In this document: in pieces, positions 9,031 to 15,501 of the stretch | How the letters are laid out: each line of letters starts with the position of its first letter | How positions within the stretch are numbered: position 1 is the stretch's first letter | From: Wolbachia endosymbiont of Drosophila innubila | Lineage (GTDB): Bacteria > Pseudomonadota > Alphaproteobacteria > Rickettsiales > Anaplasmataceae | Assembly (NCBI RefSeq): GCF_021378375.1 | Contig: NZ_CP076228.1 | Coordinates: 60,001-92,000, forward strand | Length of the DNA: 32,000 bases | Direction of reading: 5' to 3' | Position numbers and translations under genes: made by a program | Notes under the pieces: model-generated | Seen by the model: only the letters and a program-made list of their open reading frames with translations | What the model was told of the DNA's origin: nothing | The model's database searches: none

Positions 9031-9189
9031 GGACTGCTGTGACACCATTATAGAATGAACCAGTGTCAGCTACTTGCATAGAAAATGTTTATGACTAATT
9101 TTTAGATCAAACATGGAATTTCGACAAACTTAACTTTTTTGTGAGATGGTTCAGCAATAATAAATAAATTGAGAGGAAAGGTTACGGCA

Positions 9190-9918
9190 ATGGAAAAGAA
9201 AAAGTTTTTTGAAATAATAAATGAGGTAAGCAAGAGTGAAGGTTTAAATGAGAATAATTTACTTGAAAGAATAGGGAATAAGCTAAAAGATGCAGACTCA
9301 ATAGTATATAGCACTTATAACAATTTGAAGATAGATAAGATGCTCAGTATATTAGATTCAGACAAAATTGTAAATTATATGTTGGTACATCTTGCTGTGG
9401 AATGTAACAGTGTACCAATAGTAAAACTCCTACTAGCAAAGGAAGCAAAAGTTAATGAACCAATATATGAACTTGATGAAGCTAAGTCTAAGCTAACTGC
9501 TTTGCACATTGCTGCTTTGCATGGTCATCAAGAGATAGTTCAGCTTTTATTGAATAATGACGCAAATCCTTTACTAAAAGATAGTCAAGGCCGAACTCCA
9601 AGGGATATTGTCGGCGATGTAGAAGGTAAAAAGGCTATAATAAAAATGTTAGAGGAAGGAGAACAACGTTATGCTGAGACAAGAGCTACGAGAAGACAAC
9701 CTTATAGACAAGGCACTTTACTGCAGCCTAATAATAAAACTCCAGGAAATTTAGCTTTGAACGGAAATAACGTAACTGCTGCAGTACAAACATGGGTGCA
9801 AAACATCAGGAAGAGAATAGTAGAATTACACCAAACAACAAAAAAGTCTATGTACAAGATGAGGATGAACAGACTTCTTCAAACTCAATCGTTAATGAAA
9901 ACAATACAGACAAAGTAG
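9190..9918 (+). CDS. Ankyrin-repeat protein, upstream ORF (probably the N-terminal part of one split gene)
   Basis: ANK motifs are ..LVHLAVECNSVPIVKLLLAKEAKVNEP.. and ..TALHIAALHGHQEIVQLLLNNDANPLLKDSQGRTPRDI.. The ORF overlaps the next ORF (9792-) in another frame. ATG at 9190 is preferred over TTG at 9169. Confidence 0.75.
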   Translation: MEKKKFFEIINEVSKSEGLNENNLLERIGNKLKDADSIVYSTYNNLKIDKMLSILDSDKIVNYMLVHLAVECNSVPIVKLLLAKEAKVNEPIYELDEAKSKLTALHIAALHGHQEIVQLLLNNDANPLLKDSQGRTPRDIVGDVEGKKAIIKMLEEGEQRYAETRATRRQPYRQGTLLQPNNKTPGNLALNGNNVTAAVQTWVQNIRKRIVELHQTTKKSMYKMRMNRLLQTQSLMKTIQTK

Positions 9919-11492
9919 ATGATACATTAGAAAAAGAACAGGCTATAAGAGAAAGAGATGCTATGGCGCAAAAGTTGCAAGAGGCAGAACAAAGACTTGC
10001 CAATAATCAGAAGCGCATAGAACATAATGACTTGCACAGTCAACATCCAGAGCAGTATACTACATATAATGGGGAACAGACCTTTTTAAATAAAAGTAAT
10101 AGTGGCGATAGTGGAATATATTTTGATGCAGATGAATCTGAAGCTTTAGGCCAATCTATATTAGAAAATGGAGAAGATATTAATGCACAAGATAAAGATG
10201 GCGTGACCCCTTTACATTATGCTGCTGCATATGGTTGTGTAGAGATTGCAGAATATCTAGTAGAAGGTGGAGCAAATGTTAATGCACAAGATAAAGTTGA
10301 GCATACTCTCTTATATTATGCTCTTGCAAATGACAATAAAAAATTAGCAAAGCTTTTGATAAAGCATGGAGCAGATCGCTCATTGATAAAGGATGAAGAC
10401 CTAATAGATAGACTAAACAGTATGTGTGATCAGCCATCTGAGGTTGTACCTAGTACCTTTTCTCATTCCAAAACACACAACGCAACGGAAACTCCAGAAA
10501 AAGCAGAAAAGGTTGAAAAACGTAAAGCTAAGTTAAAAGAATTACGTACTCAGCTAAAGGATGAGCAGAAAAAGAATGAATTGCTAAAACAAAAAATACA
10601 AGATCTAGAAAGTAAAAACACAACGCTTAATAGTGAATTAGAAAAAACAAAAACTAAAACAGACGAAGTACCATTAGAAAAAGCGCAAAAGGAACTAACA
10701 GAATTGAAAAGTTATATCACTGGACATGGAGCTAGGCTGGACACACTGGAGAAACTCAATGAAGAGAATGAATCACTAAGACAAGAAATAAAAAATCTAA
10801 AAAATGAAAACACAACACTTAAGGGTGAATTAGAAAAAACAAAAACTAAAAAAAACGAAGTACCATTAGAAAAAGCGCAAAAGGAACTAACAGAATTGAG
10901 AAATTGTGTCACTGAACATGAGACTAAATTGGAAGTACTGGAGAAACTCAATGAAGAGAATGAATCACTAGAACAAAAAATACAAGATCTAGAAAGTAAA
11001 AATACAACACTTAATAGCGAATTAGAAGAAAACGAAAATAAGCATTCTAAAACAAAAGTGTTGTTAGAAAAAGCGCAAAAGGAACTAGCAGAATCAAAAA
11101 GTTGCATAGTTGGACATGAGACTAAGTTGAAAGAATTCAATAAAGAGAATGAATCACTAACACAAAAAATAAGAAGTCTGGAGAATGAAAACACACCACT
11201 TGATGGTGAACTGGGCAAAACTAAAACAAATGAAGTGTCACTAGAAAAAGTAGGAAAAAGACAATTTTCCCCAAAAGTTGCCTATGCGAGCCTTGCAGCT
11301 ATGTTAGCAGTAGGTGCTGCTCTTAGTATTGCTTCCGGATTGTCTGCTCTATTAATAGTTGCAGCTTCTGTGGTATCTGCACTGATAGCTGGTGGCATTA
11401 CATACACAATATCAAAACCCATCGCTGAACCAAAACCTACCACTGAATTGAAAGAAGTGAATATTCAAGATTCAGCACAACGGTGTTTGTAA
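9792..11492 (+). CDS. Ankyrin-repeat / coiled-coil tandem-repeat protein with C-terminal transmembrane segments (downstream ORF of the split gene)
   Basis: ANK motifs are ..DKDGVTPLHYAAAYGCVEIAEYLVEGGANVNAQDK.. and ..LAKLLIKHGADRS.. The ORF has a long heptad-like repeat region and a hydrophobic C-terminus, VAYASLAAMLAVGAALSIASGLSALLIVAASVVSALIAGGITYTI. Confidence 0.8.
   Translation: MGAKHQEENSRITPNNKKVYVQDEDEQTSSNSIVNENNTDKVDDTLEKEQAIRERDAMAQKLQEAEQRLANNQKRIEHNDLHSQHPEQYTTYNGEQTFLNKSNSGDSGIYFDADESEALGQSILENGEDINAQDKDGVTPLHYAAAYGCVEIAEYLVEGGANVNAQDKVEHTLLYYALANDNKKLAKLLIKHGADRSLIKDEDLIDRLNSMCDQPSEVVPSTFSHSKTHNATETPEKAEKVEKRKAKLKELRTQLKDEQKKNELLKQKIQDLESKNTTLNSELEKTKTKTDEVPLEKAQKELTELKSYITGHGARLDTLEKLNEENESLRQEIKNLKNENTTLKGELEKTKTKKNEVPLEKAQKELTELRNCVTEHETKLEVLEKLNEENESLEQKIQDLESKNTTLNSELEENENKHSKTKVLLEKAQKELAESKSCIVGHETKLKEFNKENESLTQKIRSLENENTPLDGELGKTKTNEVSLEKVGKRQFSPKVAYASLAAMLAVGAALSIASGLSALLIVAASVVSALIAGGITYTISKPIAEPKPTTELKEVNIQDSAQRCL
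10590..11252 (+). repeat. Intragenic tandem repeat, ~3.4 units of 192-198 bp (63-64 aa coiled-coil units)
   Basis: TTAGAAAAAGCGCAAAAGGAACTA recurs at 10674, 10866 and 11064. Protein units run QKIQDLESKNTTLNSELEKTKTK..VPLEKAQKELTEL..LEKLNEENESL. Confidence 0.9.
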
Positions 11493-11517
11493 AATTTAAT
11501 TTGTACACTTGCTATAG

Positions 11518-11540
11518 ATTCCAGCGCGTGACGCTGGAAT
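11518..11540. repeat. Perfect 9-bp stem / 5-nt loop hairpin (ATTCCAGCG-CGTGA-CGCTGGAAT) 26 nt after the ankyrin gene stop; possible terminator
   Basis: Same architecture as the hairpins at 8568 and 8674. No T-run follows. Confidence 0.7.
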
Positions 11541-11640
11541 GTAGTAAAAAGTATTTGTAAGTTACACAGTAGTGTGAATTTTTTACTTCGGTAGTTTTTC
11601 ATTGTCATTATAATCATAATAATAGTTGAGTTTAATTGAT

Positions 11641-11952
11641 ATGAAAACTTTTACGAAAAATTTTAAAAATAACGAAAAAAAGCTAGAGGAGTTTAATAAG
11701 GAAATTGAAGATATAACAACTATAGCTCAAGATAAATTTGCACATGAACTTGAAAATATCGCATATGACAGTGTGCAAAAATTTCGCAGTCTGCTTGCTA
11801 AAGAGTTAAACTCCACCTTCAATAATATTCATTCTCAAAATGTCAATCTACTAAAATCCAGCCTAGTTGAATATGCTATAAGTTCAAATTTTATCAACAA
11901 AAAAGGAGAAACAGCTTTAATACGTTCTCTTCTTAATATATTCATACGATAA
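11641..11952 (+). CDS. Hypothetical small helical protein
   Basis: ORF only (MKTFTKNFKNNEKKLEEFNKEIEDI..); no family recognised. Confidence 0.4.
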   Translation: MKTFTKNFKNNEKKLEEFNKEIEDITTIAQDKFAHELENIAYDSVQKFRSLLAKELNSTFNNIHSQNVNLLKSSLVEYAISSNFINKKGETALIRSLLNIFIR

Positions 11953-12013
11953 AGCACTCAGAGTTGTTGCTGCGCCAATTTAACTTAATGTTGCATGCAA
12001 GCTGCATAGCTAA

Positions 12014-12061
12014 AGTAAGTAAGATTTGCCCCACGCTGTCACGAGGTAAACCTTACTTATT
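12014..12061. other. Imperfect 17-bp-stem hairpin 31 nt upstream of group II intron copy 1
   Basis: AGTAAGTAAGATTTGCC - 14-nt loop - GGTAAACCTTACTTATT, with 14 Watson-Crick pairs, 2 G-U pairs and 1 mismatch as RNA. Confidence 0.6.
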
Positions 12062-12585
12062 CTAGCTATATCAAAAAGGAGGGTTATTATGTGTGCGCCA
12101 AGAAGTGCGTAAGGAACAGTTGGTGAAAATCCAACACGGGTAAAGCTTAGCCGGCAACCTGGAACAAACCATTATGCTGCGTAAGGTAACGAGCGTAGTA
12201 AAGCTAATGGAATGGACAACATAGGGTGCAACGAAAGTGAAGGTATTGAGTCCCGTAATTCACGCGTCATGGGGGCTGACACTTTACATTTGGTGGAAGG
12301 CAACATGGGTAATAACGCTAAGGCAAGATATTACTCACCTCATCGGGATCGAAGGCCGCGTCATGTGTTGAGATGGACCTTACGTGAACTTGGGAGATCC
12401 TTTGTATTCCTGTAAGGGTACTCTGGAACAAGTCAATAAAGGCGAGGACTGGAGGAAGATGCAAAGGAAGTCGGACTAATTGATAGTACTCGGAGTGTGG
12501 GAAAGCCACATACAAGGGGAAGCGGTTAGCAATATAGTGACTGGTATAGGGATTGCTATACCAATACAACAGAGATTAGAGGAGT

Positions 12586-13900
12586 ATGCAAGGAAAACTA
12601 AACCAGATAGCAGTAAGGGCTAAGCAAGATAAGCGAGTAAAATTTACATCATTAGTTCATTTGATTAATGAAGAGAATCTTGCAGAGTGTTATAAGGAAC
12701 TAAAACGCAACAAGGCTTGTAGTATAGATCGTGTGACAGTGGAAGCTTATGGAGAAAATCTAGAAGAGAAACTTAAAACACTAGTGGATAGTATGAAGAG
12801 AAAACAATATCAACCGCTACCAGTGAAAAGGGTATACATACCCAAAGCCGGGAGCAAAGAGAAGCGCGGTCTCGGAATACCATCAACGGAAGATAAGTTG
12901 GTACAGGTAATGCTAAAGAAGATATTAGAAAATATTTATGAAGCAAACTTTATGGACAGCTCGTATGGATTTCGACCAGGAAGAAATTGTCATCAGGCGA
13001 TAAACGCTCTAGATAAAGCAGTTATGCACAAACCAATTAACTATATTGTAGAAGTGGATATCAAGAAGTTCTTTGATAATGTTCAACATAAATGGCTAAT
13101 GAATTGTCTAAGGGAACGAATAGCTGACCCAAATTTATTGTGGTTAATAAAACGATTTCTAAAGGCAGGAATAGTCGAAGTTGGATGTTATAAAGCAACC
13201 GATCAAGGCACACCACAAGGTGGTATAGTAAGCCCTGTATTAGCTAATATATACTTACACTATGTGCTGGACTTATGGTTTGAAAAGAAATTTAAGCCAA
13301 AAGCCAGAGGATATTTACAGCTAATAAGGTTTTGCGACGATTTTGTAGTTGGCTGCGAGAGGGAAGAAGACGCAAAAGAATTTCTAGAATTACTGAAACA
13401 AAGACTAAGTAAATTTGGGTTGGAAATAGCTGAAAATAAAACAAAAATAGTAAAGTTTGGTAAGAAAGAATGGTATCAAGCAGAAAGAGAGAAACGTAGG
13501 ACGGCTAGCTTCAACTTTCTAGGATTTACACATTATTGTGGAAAAAGTCGTAATGGTAAACTTATGATGAAGCAGAAAACTTCAAAAATAAGCCTAGCCA
13601 GAAAGATTAAAGAAATCAAAGAATGGTTGAAGATGGTACGAAGTCGTATCTGTTTCAAAGATTGGTGGCAGAAACTTAAAAGCCAAACTAACAGGACACT
13701 ATAGCTACTTCGGAGTTAGCGGAAATTATCGGTGTTTGATTCAATTCTATCGACCGGTAACAAAGTTAGCATTTAAGTGGATAAACCGACGTAGTCAAAA
13801 GAAAAGTATGGATTGGGAACAATTTATACACTATTTAAAAGTAAATCCATTACCAAAACCAAAGGTATATGTTTCTTTATACACAGGAGCACTAGTGTGA
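12586..13900 (+). pseudogene. Group II intron RT/maturase (IEP), copy 1; one frameshift in the maturase (X) region
   Basis: RT motifs are ..RGLGIPSTEDKLVQ.., ..YGFRPGRNCHQA.., ..DIKKFFDNV.., ..GTPQGGIVSPVLANIYL.. and ..RFCDDFVV (YADD-type). The frame breaks at the A4 run 13678-13681 (A3 in copy 2). No endonuclease domain follows the X region. Confidence 0.85.
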
Positions 13901-13913
13901 ACGCTGTATTGTG

Positions 13914-13946
13914 GAGCCGTGTGCGGGAAATCCGCAAGCACGGTTC
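13914..13946 (+). ncRNA. Group II intron domain V (catalytic hairpin), copy 1
   Basis: GAGCCGTGTGCGGGAAATCCGCAAGCACGGTTC has the AGC triad, a 2-nt bulge and a GAAA tetraloop. Confidence 0.9.
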
Positions 13947-14039
13947 TTTTGGGGAGACTATGGTTATGAGACCAAATCGCTGGTTTCAAGGTCATGAGTC
14001 TCTACCAGACCAATAAGATCTACTTCACCAAGAATATCT

Positions 14040-14555
14040 GTGCAACGTAAATCTAAGCCTGAATCTTTTCCAGTTACTTTAGAAGAGGTTAAATCTTTTT
14101 TACGCATTGAGAACGACCAGGATGATAAGTTGATTTCAGATCTAATTTTTATGGCAACTGATTACGCTGAATGGCATATGGAAAAGTCACTGGTGAAACA
14201 AACATGGCAAGTTTCATATGAAGATTATGTACCTCGTAGGATCTATTTAAGCTATGGCCCTGTGAGTAAGATAGTATTGGCTACTGCAATGATGTCTAAA
14301 AATCAAGAGAAGAGTACACTTAAGTATTATTTTAGTGATGTAGGGGGCTATGTTGAGTTTTTCAATTGTTTGAATGCAATAAGAGTTGATGTTGTATACG
14401 AAGCTGGTTATGACAATGTTCCTGAGCAGATAAAACTAGGTATTATGCGGCATGTTTCTGCTCTTTACAAAAATCGTGAATCGGAGGTAAGTAGCCATTT
14501 ATCTGAAGTGAAGAAGGTATATTCTCCATTTCGCGAACCAAAGGTTGTTTTGTAG
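14040..14555 (+). CDS. Phage/GTA-type head-tail connector (gp6-like, phiE125 gp8-like) protein
   Basis: ..VTLEEVKSFLRIENDQDDKLISDLIFMATDYAE.. and ..GYDNVPEQIKLGIMRHVSALYKNRE.. match the pattern of gp6-like head-tail connector / RcGTA g6-type proteins. GTG start lies 26-30 nt downstream of the intron 3' end (14010-14014). Confidence 0.7.
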   Translation: MQRKSKPESFPVTLEEVKSFLRIENDQDDKLISDLIFMATDYAEWHMEKSLVKQTWQVSYEDYVPRRIYLSYGPVSKIVLATAMMSKNQEKSTLKYYFSDVGGYVEFFNCLNAIRVDVVYEAGYDNVPEQIKLGIMRHVSALYKNRESEVSSHLSEVKKVYSPFREPKVVL

Positions 14556-14580
14556 CTCTTTCTGGTCATTCAAACTGGGC

Positions 14581-14634
14581 TACTACGTCATACCGTTACG
14601 GATAGATCTCGCTAACAAGCAGCGGGATGACGAG
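14581..14634 (-). repeat. Solo copy of the palindromic repeat element (inverted relative to the 8785 array)
   Basis: The reverse complement CTCGTCATCCCGCTGCTTGTTAGCGAGATCTATCCGTAACGGTATGACG.. aligns with CTCGTCATCCCGCTACTTGTTAGCGGGATCTGGAGATACCGTGACGGTATGATG.. at 8906. Confidence 0.8.
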
Positions 14635-14661
14635 TTTCTATATATCTTTCGAGGGTTAATT

Positions 14662-15072
14662 ATGAAAAAAATTCAAGCTATAAACGAGTTGTACAGTAGC
14701 ATTTATGAAGCACTAAAAGCAAACTCTGATTTAAGGAAATATGTTACTAACATTTATGACTACTTACCTAAACAGGTCACCATTCCTTACCTGAGATTGT
14801 GTGTAGTGAATTATAATAACCTGCATATGCTGTCCAATTTTGCTACAAAGGCAAGATTTTCATGCGACATATATACTTATCATATAGACAGTATGTTTGC
14901 CATTATAAGGCATATTAACTTGATACTTAAGAGCATTGAAGGTTTTAATAATGAGGCCATTTTAGAAAGTAATTGTGCTATGGATCAGCACGATGAAATT
15001 TTACATTCAACAATTAATTTTGATATTTTAATAAAAGGAGGTGATAATGAGCAAATTACAGCTAAAAATTAA
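14662..15072 (+). CDS. Phage/GTA-type DUF3168-like protein (tail terminator/completion, RcGTA g8-like)
   Basis: MKKIQAINELYSSIYEALKANSDLRKYVTNIYDYLPKQVTIPYLRL.. fits the DUF3168 N-terminal pattern (..L.a...l...v..riyd..P.....PYv.l). GAGGG lies 7 nt upstream of the ATG. The gene sits directly before the major tail gene. Confidence 0.55.
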   Translation: MKKIQAINELYSSIYEALKANSDLRKYVTNIYDYLPKQVTIPYLRLCVVNYNNLHMLSNFATKARFSCDIYTYHIDSMFAIIRHINLILKSIEGFNNEAILESNCAMDQHDEILHSTINFDILIKGGDNEQITAKN

Positions 15073-15436
15073 AGATCATGACAATAATTTTATTGTGTTA
15101 AATAATATAAGAAACCTAAGGTTTACTTTGCGTAATAACAGAGAAGAGGTGAAAGATATTTCTTCTTTTGGCTGGAGGAAAGTGCTCGATTGTGCTGGAA
15201 GCAGACACATTACGATAAAAATTAATGGAATTTTAGACTCTGTATTAGCTGATGAATTATTACGTAATTCTGCTATGCTAAACTCTAATAATGATTATGA
15301 AATTAGTTTTAATGCTAAGGAAAAGATAAGGCTTAGGTGTTCAGTTGAATTGTATGAGAGGTATTATGATCCTGTTACTTTTGACAGCTTTACTGTAGTT
15401 TTAAATAGTGCTGAAGTTGTAAACGCTTTTCATTAA
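15047..15436 (+). CDS. Phage major tail protein, TP901-1 / RcGTA g9-like family
   Basis: ..NIRNLRFTLRNNREEVKDISSFGWRKVLDCAGSRHITIKINGIL.. matches the family pattern (..etvDvT....W+.lL.gaG.rs..isg.G.f). A strong SD (AAGGAGG) lies 5 nt before the ATG at 15047. Confidence 0.75.
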   Translation: MSKLQLKIKDHDNNFIVLNNIRNLRFTLRNNREEVKDISSFGWRKVLDCAGSRHITIKINGILDSVLADELLRNSAMLNSNNDYEISFNAKEKIRLRCSVELYERYYDPVTFDSFTVVLNSAEVVNAFH

Positions 15437-15501
15437 TGTTAATTTAATTTTTTCATATACAATAATAACTGGTGAGAATTTTAACTAAATTAAAAAAAAT
15501 C

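Larger units (their letters stand above)
8488..9085. repeat. GC-rich array of short palindromic (multi-hairpin) repeat elements, Wolbachia/Rickettsia palindromic-element-like
   Basis: Repeated modules TCGTCATCCC(A)GCGGGATCTGGAGATACCG..CGGTATGA..GGTTCGCG.. occur at 8488, 8785 and 8908, with GAACCAGTGTC(G/A)GCTACT at 8727 and 9057 and many perfect short hairpins. The region is visibly GC-richer than its flanks. Confidence 0.85.
12093..14014 (+). mobile_element. Group II intron, full-length copy 1 (ribozyme plus intron-encoded RT/maturase)
   Basis: The 5' end GTGCGCCAAG.. fits the GUGYG consensus. Canonical domain V lies at 13914-13946. A domain VI-like helix has a bulged A at 14004. The RT ORF sits in domain IV. 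The 3' boundary is uncertain by about 4 nt (14010-14014). Confidence 0.9.

Noticed and set aside
10712-11218. 168-aa Ser/Phe-rich ORF antisense to the ankyrin coiled-coil repeats
   Set aside because: It is open only because the sense-strand repeats (rich in GAA/AAA/TTA codons) lack stop codons on the complement. Its internal repetition mirrors the sense repeats.
12212-12569. ORFs 12212-12415 (+) and 12318-12569 (-), and their twins at 20254-20611
   Set aside because: They lie inside the structured ribozyme part (domains I-III) of the group II intron, upstream of the IEP, and overlap each other antisense. They show no protein-like features.
13813-14016. ORF 13813-14016 and its extended twin 21854-22159
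   Set aside because: They run out of frame through the IEP 3' end and domains V/VI of the intron. The copy 2 version merely reads on into unrelated flank, so they are spurious.
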